Assembly (NCBI GenBank): GCA_976551045.1
Contig: CDPCPM010000054.1
Location: forward strand, 38,068,001 to 38,132,000
Length of the DNA stretch: 64,000 nucleotides
Direction of reading: 5' to 3'
Origin: Glaucostegus cemiculus
Taxonomy: Eukaryota
Shown here: in pieces, positions 37,322-49,240 of the stretch
Layout of the letters: each line of letters starts with the position of its first letter
How positions within the stretch are numbered: position 1 is the first letter of the stretch
Notes under the pieces: model-generated
Database searches by the model: none
Told to the model about the DNA's origin: nothing
The model's input: only the letters and a program-made list of their open reading frames with translations
Translations under genes and position numbers: made by a program

Positions 37322-37895
37322 GACTTCCTGACTTTTATTCTCAACACCCCAAATGATGAAGGCAAGCATGTAATATGGCTTCTTTACCACTCTATCTACT
37401 CTATCTACTTGTGTTGCCACATTCAGGGAGCTATGGACTTGCACCCCAAGATCTCTCTGTTCATCAATGCTTCTCACATTCCTGCCATTTTCTGTATGTT
37501 GTCCCCTTATATTTGACCTTCCAAAGTGCAACATCTCACATTTGTCCCAATTAAACACCATATGCCATTTCTCTGCCGACATTTTCAACTGGTTAATATC
37601 ATTTGAATCTTCTGCACTGTCCACAATTCTGCCAATTTTTGTGCCCTCTGTAGATTTACTAATCAGTCCACATGCATTTTAATTTAAATCATTTATATTT
37701 ACCACAAACAACAGAGGTACCACCACTGAGCATCGCAGAACACCACTGGTCACAGACCACCAGTCAGAATAACATCCCTCCTCTACTACACTCTGTTATC
37801 TGTAGCCAAGACAATTTTGAATCCAGTCTACCAAGTCTCCATAAATCTATATGCCTTAATGTTCTGGATCAGGCTACCTTGTCAAAAGCTTTACG
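37322..37895 (-). mobile_element. CR1 internal fragment
   Basis: ORF 37316..37624 KWHMVFNWDKCEMLHFG...QRDLGVQVHSSL. Confidence 0.88.
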
Positions 37896-38504
37896 AAAGC
37901 CCTCATCAAGAGACATTAGGATCTTTGACATATGTAGCCATCACCGTAACTGGTGTGGGTCCTTCTATAATATGGACATAGATCAGATAGGCTCCTCATC
38001 CCTCACTAAAAGTTGCAAGCAGAAAGAGCACAATGCAGGAAAGTTTGTGCGCTCTTCCCTGCCTCTCATTTTCTTGCTTGAGCCCATTCTGCTAGTCTAG
38101 TCAATGTAAATGTTCCACATGCAGTTTATTTTCTACTAATGCTTTGGGCAATAATTAGCTTTGCACGGGACGTGTCTTAATTATCCATCATTATGAAATT
38201 TATACTCGAAAAACATGCTAATCAGACCCACATGAGTCTTCGCTATTAAAATGTGAGAAAAGTAATAAAATGAATGAAGATCAATAACAGGCTTAAGTCA
38301 TTCAACCAATCAATGCTGTATCGAGAGTCTGTGTATGATTATTCCGTCACGGATTCCATCCCCACTCCCCCTTCAACTCCATCTGTCAACCACTGCTTTA
38401 GGGAGCACTAATTCCATCAATTATTGCCCATTAAAAAACAATCTAGTACAGAAAAGTGCAAATGGAACTATAAATATGACTGAAAAGCTTCTGCTTCTTT
38501 TCAG

Positions 38505-38870
38505 GCTGGCAGCATTGTTATCAAACTACTGGACTAGTAACCCGAGCCCTGGGATATTAATCCAGGGGTGTTAGTTCAAATTCCACTATGACAACTAATT
38601 CAAGTAATTACAAAAATCTAGAATTAAAAAGCTGGTCACTAATAGTGACTGCAAAACTACAGGATTGTCATTAAAAAATCCATCTGTTCCACTAATGTCC
38701 TTGAGAGAAGGAAATGTAGATTTTCTTCTCTCAGTTTTACTGTAGACAAACCTGCAGCAAGAATGTATTTAACTAAACACATTAAAGGGTCGGTTGCCTG
38801 TACTGTAGTCTCGTGACCTTCACATATAAAATTGACCATGGTTAATGTCCCAACATCCTGTGAGGCTCAA
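38505..38870 (+). mobile_element. tRNA-type SINE (second family)
   Basis: ctactggactagtaacccgag...gttcaaattccac...ggattgtcattaaaaaatccatctgttccactaatgtccttgagagaaggaaa. Confidence 0.7.
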
Positions 38871-38929
38871 ATGGGCTCTATAATGAATCTATTAAACACT
38901 TTTTAAAGAAATTAGCATGAGTAAAAAAA

Positions 38930-39510
38930 ATAGTATTGGAGATCTTAATGACAGCAAATCTCTGGGACCTGACACCCTGCACCCTAGGGTTTTAAAGGAG
39001 GTGGTTTTGGAAACAATGGATGCACTCGTTGTCACCTTCCAATATTCCATAGGTACAAAAATGGTTTCCAAAAATTGAAAGGGGGATTTACTTAAGGAAG
39101 CAGGACGAGAGAAAACTGAGAACTGAAGACCTGTTTGCTTGAGATCTGTTAGAGAGAAAATCCTGGAATCTATCATGTGATAAGAGCAGATTTTTAAATT
39201 ACTATTTGCCAATATTTTGGAATTTATTGAGGCTGTAACTAGCATTATAGATAAGAGTGAAGCAAATGATGTATATTAGGACTTGAAGACTGTCACAGGG
39301 GTCAGAGCTGGGGCCTGAGGTGTTCACTGATTTGAATGAAAGGATCAAGTGCAATATTTCAGCTTTGTTGATGACACAACACTGAGTGGCAGTATGGGCT
39401 GTGAAAAGGATGCAGAGAGCTTCAGGGAAGTATAGAAAAGTTAATTGAAGGGGCAAGAAAATGGTAAGTGGAATATAATGTGGAATACATGAGGTCATCC
39501 ACTAAGCTAG
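38930..39510 (+). mobile_element. Decayed, internally deleted CR1 fragment
   Basis: aaatctctgggacctgacaccctgcaccctagggttttaaaggag (KSxGPDxLHPRVLKE); tttgttgatgacaca. Confidence 0.7.
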
Positions 39511-39589
39511 AAAAATTGGAAAGGCAGGACATTTTTTGTTTTGATGCTGAGTGTCCAAAAAGTAATTTAAGTAATTGAACAAAATCTGG

Positions 39590-39824
39590 AAAAAAAAGGA
39601 CCGGCATCACAACGGTGACCTTGAAACTACTGAACCATCTTAAAAATCTGGTTCACTGATTTCCTGCTGTCATATATGGGCAAGATATGACCTCACAGTC
39701 ATCAATGTAAATATCTTTCTGAATGGTCTGTCAGCCCATTCAGTTCAGGGGACAATTAGGGATGGACAATACACTCTGATCTTGCTAATGATGTTCACTG
39801 TGCATGAGTGAATATTAAAAAAAA
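39590..39824 (+). mobile_element. tRNA-type SINE (second family), 3' part
   Basis: ggtgaccttgaaactactg...ctggttcactgat...cagttcaggggacaattagggatggacaata, A-rich end. Confidence 0.65.
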
Positions 39825-40054
39825 GTATACTGGTTGAACAGATAGAAAGGCAGATTATCTTTGAAATGAAGAAAGGTGAAAGTGTGTTGGTGTTTGGGGA
39901 CACGAGATTACTTGCAGACAAATCATCATTTGAGGAGAAGAATTTAGATGTCATGCTCCAATCATGTGGAGCCCGGAGCATCCTCTCTGCTGTTAGTCTC
40001 TGCTCTGCAGCTGGGCTCAATATGGAGTCCAACAATAGAGCAAAGGGTCAAATT

Positions 40055-40503
40055 TGCTTGGATTAGAGAGTATTTGCTCTGTTGGACAAATCTGGATTGT
40101 TTTCTCTGGAGCATCAGAATCTGAGGGGCAACCAGATAGCAGTACATAAAATTATAAGAGGCATAGATAGGGTAGACAGTCAGTGTTCTTCCTAGGGTGG
40201 AAGTGTCAAATACCAGGGGACATAGCCTTGAGGTGAGAGGAGGAAAGTTTAAAGGAGATTTATTTGGCAAGTCTTTTTTTAACACTGAGAGTGACAGGTG
40301 CCTGGAATGTGCTGCCAGGGGAGGTGGTGGAAACAGATATGACAGTAACATTTAAGAGACATTTAGATGAACGGGTAGGGAATGGAGGGATATTGACCAA
40401 GTGCAGGCCAATAGGATTAGTATAAGTCAGCATTATGGTCAGTGCAGACATTGTGGGCTGGAGGGACTGCTCCTGTGCTGTACTGTTCCATGTTCTATAT
40501 TCT
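40055..40503 (+). mobile_element. CR1 3' fragment
   Basis: aggtgcctggaatgtgctgccaggggaggtggtggaa; tgtgctgtactgttccatgttctat tail. Confidence 0.88.
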
Positions 40504-41350
40504 ACACTTTTCAGCATGCCTGTACAGAAGGCCAAGATATCCAGTTGGTGCAGTCTGGGTCAAGAAACTTTCCACATTCCCTGTCAACTTGTCATTAATA
40601 TGGATTTCAGCACTTTGCTGATAACTAATGTCATGCAGACATCGCTTCAAACTTTCTCTCTCTTCTTTCCTATCGTTCAGAATTTTCACAGCTGTGTGAT
40701 CCTGGAGAGCCAAGGAAGAGGGGAGAGGTTGAAAAACTGAACCGTGCAGAACAGCCCCAATGCAATTTGCAGGATCTGGGAATCATTCACACTAGGCTCG
40801 GGATGAAACTTAACTCTTGTACTGAATTACATAGCTTTCTGAAGATTACTTGATTTTATAAAAGGATGGTCTCAGTTATTGCTATTAGAGACACGACTGG
40901 AAGCTTCTCCTGTTACTGCTCTCAGCAATGAATGTGTACAAAGCTGAGATGGAGTCCAGTCTCGCAATGTTTTCCAGTCATGGTTTTCGATGAAATGTGA
41001 AATGAAGGTCCAAAAATGAATGATCGGACTGTAGTAGAAAGACCTCTACTTGGCAGCATAGTTTCATTGAATCTGATTGGCCTCAAGCATAGATTGAAAG
41101 AGTACAGTTCCAGCATGAATGTGCTACAGAACCGCAGAAGAGATTTATCAGTCGGGTGGCAACTAGTTTGGTTTTCAGTTCAATTTTAACATATCAGCTT
41201 ATCAAATATTTGCTGATCTCCTGGTTCCTGCTGAAATACGATGTAAAATTTTACTTAACAGAGCTTCCTTATTGCTTACCATGACACAACTGCTAAGCTT
41301 TTTACTTCAACCAGGGAGAAAAATCAAACTCAAGTGACCAATAAATATGC

Positions 41351-41546
41351 ACAAGCCTAAGTTTTATTCATTAAAGCAGAATTCAGCTCCCAATTTCCCT
41401 CTTTGCAATGCCTGCTCTCTTATTCACTGCTTCCATAAATAAAAAGCAATACATTTTCTAAAGAACGGCAGCTCTTGCATCAGTGTAGAAAGCAATATAT
41501 TGAACAGGGCAAAATAGTCATTGGATAATTACACCAAGGCATTTAA
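41351..41546 (+). repeat. Left arm of diverged inverted repeat (partner 43210-43385)
   Basis: acaagcc..tttattcattaaagcagaat.cagctcccaatttc..cttattcactgctt recurs as reverse complement at 43295-43385. Confidence 0.85.
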
Positions 41547-41734
41547 CCCTGGTCATAGGGTTAACTTTCTCCCATCTTTCACACAATCTGCAATTGAAAA
41601 AAGATGGATCTGTGAGCAAATGCCCACAAATCATTGTTTTAGAAAGGCAGATAAGGTGATTGAGAAGATACACAGGATACCTGCAATTATTGGACAAGGA
41701 ATAAAAGACAAGAGCAGAGAAGTCATGACAAACT

Positions 41735-41885
41735 GTATATGGTTTTGTATTGTTTTCTTTTTGTCAATATACTGAGATACAGTGAAAAACTTTGTTCACA
41801 GCCATCTAGGCAGTTGGTGCTACAGATAAGTACATTAAGGTAGTAAAAAGAAAACAGAATGCAGAATATGACAACATGGGGCAGA
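41735..41885 (-). mobile_element. Rex1/Babar 3' UTR remnant
   Basis: tactgagatacagtgaaaaactttgtt...aacagaatgcagaatat matches 23940-24060. Confidence 0.65.
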
Positions 41886-41889
41886 CTTA

Positions 41890-42222
41890 TCCACATATGT
41901 GGATAGTCAGAGGCTTTTTCCCAGGGCTGAAATGGTTGCCACAAGAGGACACAGATTTAAGGTGCTGGGGAGTAGGTACAGAGGAGATGTAAGGGGTAAG
42001 TTTTTTACTCAGAGAGTGATGAGTGCGTGGAATAGGCTACTGGCAACGGTGGTGGAAGTGGATATGATAGGATCTTTTAAGAGACTTTTGGATAGGTACA
42101 TGTGGCTTAGAAAAGTAGAGGGCTGTGGACAAGCCTAGTAATTTCTAAGGTAGGGACATGTTCAGCACAACTTTGTGGGCCGTAGGGCCTGAATTGTGCT
42201 GTTGATTTTCTATGTTTCTATA
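41890..42222 (+). mobile_element. CR1 3' end
   Basis: ORF 41899..42138 TRGHRFKV...FFTQRVMSAWNRL; tail. Confidence 0.92.
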
Positions 42223-42894
42223 TCCCTTCCTAAGTTGTGGTGTTCAATTAAATTGGCAGTGGTATCTTCCATCTTGCTGTTTTTGCTGCTGTTGTGAATC
42301 CTCATGCACACACATGGACATTCTCATTTGTCAGCTCTTGGGCTTGAAATCTGCTTCTGAACTCATGCCAGGTCAAACTCAGTGTAGCCTGCTCATCCCT
42401 ATCCAAATTAATGGGAGCGATTGGCTCTCAGGAGAAACATAGTCATGCTTGTGTTCGTTATCTTTGTTGGTTTTAACTGAATTTTAGTGAGCAGATGAAC
42501 ATTTCAGCATTAGAAAAAATAACATTATTAATTTTTTATCAATGTTTTTACTTTTTATGTGTCCCAAGTGTTAATGTTTTTGAATGTCAATAGGCGTTGG
42601 TGGGTTGGTGTAATGCTGAGATTCATCAGCTGTCAATGTGGTTCTGAGGGTTCAACTGACTGCGTGTGGTGAGACAGCCCATCTGCTGTGTTGTGTCACC
42701 CCCGAATTGCGGGGCGTGGCTCCCAGCGGTGGACTGCACTTGGAGGCTATGTTGAAACAAATAACATGATGCAAGGGCAGAAGCTCCGAGGTTTTAAAGA
42801 AGCTTTTCCCTTTTCCTTAGGCCATTGCTGGAGTACTATGTACCTCAAAGGACCGTGAGGATGCACGGGAGGTTTATGAGGATGGTGCCCCCAT

Positions 42895-43193
42895 AGGCTT
42901 GCAGCGGTTAGCAGAATGTTATTACAGCACCAGAGACCTGGGTTCAATTCAGCCACTGTCTGTAATGAGTTTGTACGTTCTCCCCGTATCTGCATGGGTT
43001 TCCTCCAGGTGCTCCAATTTACTCCCACACTCCAAAGATGTATGGATTAGGAATTTGTGGGCATGCTATGTTGGCGTCGGAAGCGTGATGACACTTGCAG
43101 GCTGTCCCCAGAACACTCTACACAAAAGATGTATTTCACTGTGTGTTTTGATGTACATGTGACTAATAAAGACATCTTATCTTACAGAATGAT
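42895..43193 (+). mobile_element. V-SINE subfamily A
   Basis: gcagcggttagc, gggttcaattc, V-domain, tttcactgtgtgttttgatgtacatgtgactaataaag tail. Confidence 0.9.
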
Positions 43194-43209
43194 CAAGAAA
43201 AGCAGTATC

Positions 43210-43385
43210 GTAAGTACCTTTGTGTAATTATCTAATTACAATTCCTCCCTGCACTGATACAAGAACTGTCAAACTGTTTATGTTGTTTTTTTTCTATTTC
43301 TGTAAGCAGTGAATAAGGGAACAGGAATGGCAGAGAGAGAAATTGGGAGCTGCATTCTGCTTTAATGAATAAAGCTGAGGCTTGT
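43210..43385 (-). repeat. Right arm of diverged inverted repeat
   Basis: Reverse complement aligns to 41351-41546 with one gap. Confidence 0.85.
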
Positions 43386-43742
43386 AGAAATAATGCTTCC
43401 CAATCATCGTCACCTCCAACAGGCTTTCCACCGGAGGGGAGCTCATCTATTGGAGTAATGGGAAACTGTTCAACTTCTGTTGTCCATGTTCCAACCCAAG
43501 GTCACTCCAACCCAAGGTCAATCCTAGCTCGGTCTAATCTCAGTCATTGAGCTACAGAATGCAGATGGCACTGGTATATGTGCACACCTAGAGGTCAAGT
43601 TGACTCATTCACTTGAAGTGTATGAGGGGAAAAAGCTGTACACAAAATATCTGTAGAAGAAATAATCTTCACCCACAAAATATGTCCACCCCTAAACCTG
43701 AACTATTTCCCAAATCTCAGATACCACCTCTTAGTGAAGAAG

Positions 43743-45072
43743 TGTGGTTGTTATAATGGGAGATTTCAACTTCCCAAATATAGACTGGAACCTGCTTAGT
43801 GCCAAAGGTTTAGCAGGAACAGAGTTTGATAAATGTGTCCAGGATGGATTCCTGACGTAGTATGTCGACAGGCTGACTAGTGGGAATGCAATGTTAGATC
43901 TAGTTTTTGGAAATGAACCGGGACAGGTGAAGGATCTGTTGGTGGGTGAGCATTTGGGGGACAGTGACCATTGCTCCATAACCTTTAAAATTGTTATGGA
44001 CAGGGATAGGTGCAGAGAGGACAGGAAGATATTTAATTGGGGAAGGGCGGACTATGAGGCTATAAGGGGAGAACTTGGGAGTGTAAATTGGGATGTCATT
44101 GGGAAAATGTACTATGGAGATGTGGATGATGTTCAGGGATCTTTTACAGGTTGTTAGGGATAAACATGTCCCGGCGAGGCAAAGAAGGAATGGCAGGGTC
44201 AAGGAACCGTGGGTGATGAGAGAAGTGGAATGACTGGTTAGGAAGAAGAAGGCAGCATTCATAAGGTGTAAGCAGCAAGACTCAGACAGGGCCCATGAGG
44301 AATATAGTATAGTAAGAAAGGACTGAGGAGAGCTAGAAGGGGACATGAAAAGGCTTTGGCTAGTAGGGTTAAGGAAAATCTCAAGGCTTTTTTCACATAC
44401 GTGAAGGACAGAAGAATGGCTAGGGTAAAGGCAGGTCTGATTAAAGACGAAGGTGGGAGGATGTGCCTGGAGGCGGCAGAAGTGGGAGAGGTTCTAAATG
44501 AATACTTCTCTTCGGTATTCATCAAGGAGAGGGGTCTTGATGACATGGTAGAGAGTGCTGGTAAGAGTAATGTTCTCGAGTATGTAGATATCAAGAGGGA
44601 GGATGTGTTGAAGTTGTTAAATAATATCAAGACAGATAAGTCTCCAGGGCTTGACAGTATATTCCCCAGGCTGCTTCGAGAGGAAAGTGAGGAGATTGTT
44701 GAACCGCTGGTGAGGATCTTTGAGTCCTCGTTGTCCACGGGGATAGTACTGAAGGATTGGAGGGTAGTGAATGTTGTCCCCTTGTTTAAAAAAGGTAGTA
44801 GCGAAAGTCCAGGGAATTACAGACCAGTGAGTCTCACGTCTGTGGTGGGTAAACTGTTAGAAAGGATTCTAAAGGATAGGATCTATGATCACCTAGAGAA
44901 TCACAGACTGATTAGGGACAGCCAGCATGGGCTTGTGAAGGGAAGACCTTGCCTTACAAGCCTTAGAGAGTTCGTTGAGGAGGTGACGAGGAGACGAGGA
45001 AGATTGATGAAGGCAGTGCGGTGGATGTGGGCCTGTTTCTGTGCTGTATTACTCTGTGATTACATGACTCTA
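43743..45072 (+). mobile_element. CR1 ORF2 segment (APE C-terminus to RT start), same subfamily as 33345-36292, joined to a CR1 tail
   Basis: ORF 44356 is nearly identical to ORFs 34437/34790; at ~45030 it jumps to ggcctgtttctgtgctgtattactct. Confidence 0.95.
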
Positions 45073-45074
45073 CG

Positions 45075-45930
45075 GTTGGAAAGGGGACAGAAGAGTGTTA
45101 TGAGAATGTTGTCAAGACTGGTAAAATGGGTTGAAAAAAGATGGGGCTTAATCCAGACAAATGTTAGATGATGCACTTTGGTAGTGCTAATGAGGCTAGG
45201 ACATTCACCCTGAATGGTATGGTATTGAGGAGCAGAGGGACCTTGGAGTGCAAATCCAGAGATCCTTGAAGGTGGCAATACAGGCAGATAATATGGTTAG
45301 GAAGGCATATGGAATATCAGCCCTCATTACTATGGGCAATGAATACAGAAGTAAAGAGGTTATGCACCAACCTTATATAACCTTGGTCAGATCTCAGCCG
45401 AAGTATTGTGTAGGAGTTCTGATCGCCATGCTATTGGAAGGATATGATAGTGCTGGAGAGGGTGCAGAGGAGATTCACCAGGATGTTGCCTGGAATGGAG
45501 CATTTTAGTTATGAGGAGAGACTGGAGGAGCCAGGTCTGTTCTCCCTGGAGTGGTTAAAATGAGACATAATTGAGAGATATAAAATTATGAAGGGTATAG
45601 ATAAGTAGACTGCAGGAAACCTTTCCCCATATCAGGCATAGGTAAAACTAGAGGATATAGATTTAGAGTAAGGAGGAAGAGATTCAGAGGGATATGAGGT
45701 GAACTTTCTTCACCCAGAGAGTGGTAAGTACCTGGGGTGCACTGTTACAGAGAGTGATGGAACCAGTGTCGCTAACAGCATTTAAGAAGTGCCTGGAGGA
45801 GCACTGGAATTGCCCAGGCATAAAGGGCTACAGACCAAATGCTGGGAAATGGGATTAATATACAAGGGTACCAACTTGTCAGTATGGACATGTTTGGCCA
45901 ACTGGCCTGTTACCATGGTATGACCCCATG
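45075..45930 (+). mobile_element. Older CR1 3' fragment
   Basis: ORF 45248; ctggagagggtgcagaggagattcaccaggatgttgcctgga. Confidence 0.88.
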
Positions 45931-45947
45931 ATTTCAAAGTTAAATCT

Positions 45948-46163
45948 TGCCTTCACCCCAAAAGTTTGTGGAGGCTAGATCACTGGGGTTATTTCAAGAG
46001 GAAGTAGACAGGAAACATTAGGGAATTGAAGGCTATGCATAACTGGCAGAGAAAAGGAGTTGAGACCTGGGGCAGATCGACCATAATGATATTGAATGGC
46101 AGGGCAGGTTTGAGGGGCTGAGTGGCCTACTTCTGCTCCTATCTTCTCATGTTCTTATGTTCC
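45948..46163 (+). mobile_element. CR1 3' tip
   Basis: attgaatggcagggcaggtttgaggggctgagtggcctacttctgctcctat...tgttcttatgttc. Confidence 0.8.
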
Positions 46164-47642
46164 AAGTTATATTTTAACCAATACATGGAATATAGAGTCT
46201 CAGTCCTGGATTTGAAGATGTTTGAATGTCAAATTTAAGGTTAATTTTCAATGTTTCTTTCACATCCCTCTTAATCTTTCTGCTTAACTGATTGTTCTTT
46301 CCCTCTCTGTGTCTCTTCCTGTACCAGATGTGATATTGAGTTCAACTACTCTGATGGATATTTGGACAAAATACATTTACCTGTATTGGGTCAATATATC
46401 TCAGGTGTTTTCTGCTTACATCAGTGGATATAACTAAAGCTAATGAACATAAAGACAAATAAGCTAGAATGATAAATTTATGTTTGATATTTGTAAATAT
46501 CACCACTGTTCATCCTTAATGAATCACAATTAAAGCATGAAGTTCAAGTAAAAGCTCATTTTGCAAGTGTCAATAGAACTGAATGAACAGTGGGGACACT
46601 GGATAGAGAATTGATTTGTAGAAGGGTTTAGATGTGTTATTCAATTAGGCAGACAAATGGCACATACAATTTAATTTTGAAAAATGTGAGATATTCTGCA
46701 TGGGATGAAACAGTGAGAAACAGTGAGATGTGGAATCATACGATCGGAATAATAAAAAGAAAAATGGATTTATGTAATATGATGCATTTCTTTTCAGGAC
46801 AATCCAAAACAGTACAGTCCTCTGAAGTATGGTCACTGTAGTAATGTAGAAGGCAACTATAATGTGTGAATCTTGTGGCTCTAAAATAGATATATGAAAC
46901 AGATAAGAAAGTATGTTATACTAGAAAGAAATAAGTCACTGTCCAGGCCTCAGAGTACTGAGTCGAAATCCAGGCACCGCACTTCATGTCCCAACAAAGA
47001 ATTTGCGAGCACAAAGTATTTCAGCACTTGACTTTACAGTTGCTGTCAGCTCTTTCCAACATTTTTCATTATTAATCTGACAGAACTTTGGGTCAATTTA
47101 GTTAAAGATTATCTCTAATTGAGATATAAGAAAGCAAGGGATTACAGCAATGTCATTGATTTTTAGATATCATGTTGTTTCTTTCACCTTAGGTGGCTCA
47201 GTATGATACTTCCATATGTAAAATAATTTAGTTCATTAGATGTACAGAATGAATCCATAATGTGGCTTCCCACAGTCAAGACAAGAGGGAATATTTTAAC
47301 ACTATCCCTTATGTCCTCTTCTCCTGCCCTTTTCAAGTGAAAGAAAAATTTATATGATCTTCAATCCAACAAACAGGTGCAACTTCACTGCAGCTGGTTG
47401 ATCAAAATACAAATGGGGATTTAAAATATGAGATGCTGCTCTGGAGCTGGGCAGAAATATTTTGCTCACTGTTGAGATAGTGTGCAAAATTTTGTTTGAT
47501 AATTGCGCATGTGAAGCACCTTGGGATATTTTACAACAGCAAAGCCGCCATATAAATGTGAATGCTGTTCTGAGAGCTTCATAGTTATTTCTTTTTGGGA
47601 TGGGGCAATCCCATCATGATCTCCAATCCCCCAACTGAGAAC

Positions 47643-47992
47643 AGATGGACAATGGTGCAGCCAATATAGGGCTGCTGCCTCATAGCTTCAGGGACACCAA
47701 TTCAATCCTGATCTCTGATGCTGTCTGTGTGGAGTTTCTACATTCTCTCTATAACCATGTGAGCTTTCTCCAGGTGTTCCGGTTTCCTCTCACATCGCAA
47801 AGATGTGCTTGCAGGTTAGTTGGTCACTTTAAGTTGCCTCTCAAGTGCAGATAATTGGAAGAATCGCTGGGGACTTGATAAGATGATGGGGAGAATTCAT
47901 TATGTCATTTGTGTAGCAGTAAAATAAATGGGAGCTTGATGGTTGGCATAGACTTGGTGGGCTGAAGGGCTTTTCCATGCTGTATGACTCAG
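47643..47992 (+). mobile_element. HE1-type V-SINE (subfamily C) with CR1 tail
   Basis: gctgctgcctcatagc, ttcaatcctga, V-domain, ggtgggctgaagggc...gctgtatgactc. Confidence 0.8.
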
Positions 47993-47994
47993 CA

Positions 47995-49240
47995 GCTCTC
48001 TGTGACATTTTGAGAAGGTGGTTGAACTGCTGCAGTCCTTCTGGTGCCTCCGCTTTGTTAGGAAGTTCAAAGAGTTAGACTATTTGATGATAAAGGAATG
48101 GCGATAGAGCTCCTAAGTAGAAATGACAGTGCCAGGTGCCTGCTGCACTTATCCTTCCCCTTCAGTTCGGGAGTTGTTGTCAGAGCAACTGAACCGAGTA
48201 AATGTGGTGCATTTTGTTGATTGTAAACAGTGCATTCACAGTACACTGATGAATAATAAAGTGCTAATCAAGCAGGCTGCTTTGTCCTGGCTGGTGTTAG
48301 GTTGCATAGAGTCATTGCTCTGCACTCATCCAAAGGAAGGATATTGAATCACATTTCTGACTTGAGCCTTGCCATTGGTAAAAAGGTTTTGGATGTCAGG
48401 AGGTGAGTCACTTGCTAGAGGGTAGCAAGCTTGTGACTGCTCTTGTAGCCACAGTATCTATGTGGCTGATTCAGTTGAGTTTCTGGTCAACCGTGATTTA
48501 GATGGTACAGGATTCATTGAATGCAATGGCATTGATTATCAAAGTTAACTCATTAGATCCTCTTTCATTGGAGGAAGTCAATGCCTGGCACTTACATGGC
48601 ACAAGTGTTTCTTGTCATTTAGCAGCCCATACCTGAATGTTATCTTGGTGTTGGAGCATGCAGGCATAGACCATATTGTTTTGCAAATGGAAGTGAACAC
48701 TGTGCCATCATCAGTGAATATGCCAGTTCTGATCTTATGATGAATGGAAGGCTATTGATAAAGCAGTGGAAGGTGGATAGGCCGAGGGCATTGCTCTGAG
48801 GCACTCCTGCAATGATGTGCTGGGGCTAACATGAATGACCTTCATTCCCCTTTGTGCAAAGTAGGGGTACTTTGCCACTGGAGTGTTTTCCTCTTGCTAC
48901 CCATTGACTTCAGTTTTACCTGGTGTCTTTGTCGCCATTCTCACCCAAATGCTGCATTGATATCATGGTCAGTCTGAAGATTTGCGCTCTAATATAACAC
49001 TTGCATCTACCTGACAATATGGATAATGGCCCAAGTCTGTCCTGTTCACAAAAAGCATGACAAATCCAATCTGACCAATTATAAACTTATCAGTCAATCA
49101 TCAGCAAAGTGAAGCACTCCTACAGTGATGTGATGGGGATAGGATAGTTTACCCCTAATAACCACAACCATTTCCCTTTACGCAAAGCATGTCTCCGGCC
49201 ACTGGAGTATTTTCCCCTTGATACCCATTAACTTCAGAAT
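47995..49240 (-). mobile_element. Second divergent CR1/L2-type LINE, rearranged
   Basis: Minus strand to ~48975 (DINAAF RT motif, caggagtgcctcagagc ~ GVPQ); plus-strand piece 48990-49110 (VCPVHKKHDKSNLTNY); 49112-49240 repeats 48800-48915. Confidence 0.75.

Noticed and set aside
46328-46404. Exon after a long polypyrimidine tract
   Set aside because: The donor is weak (GTGTTT), the peptide is unrecognised, and the tract resembles the old repeat-like segment at 18830-18970.
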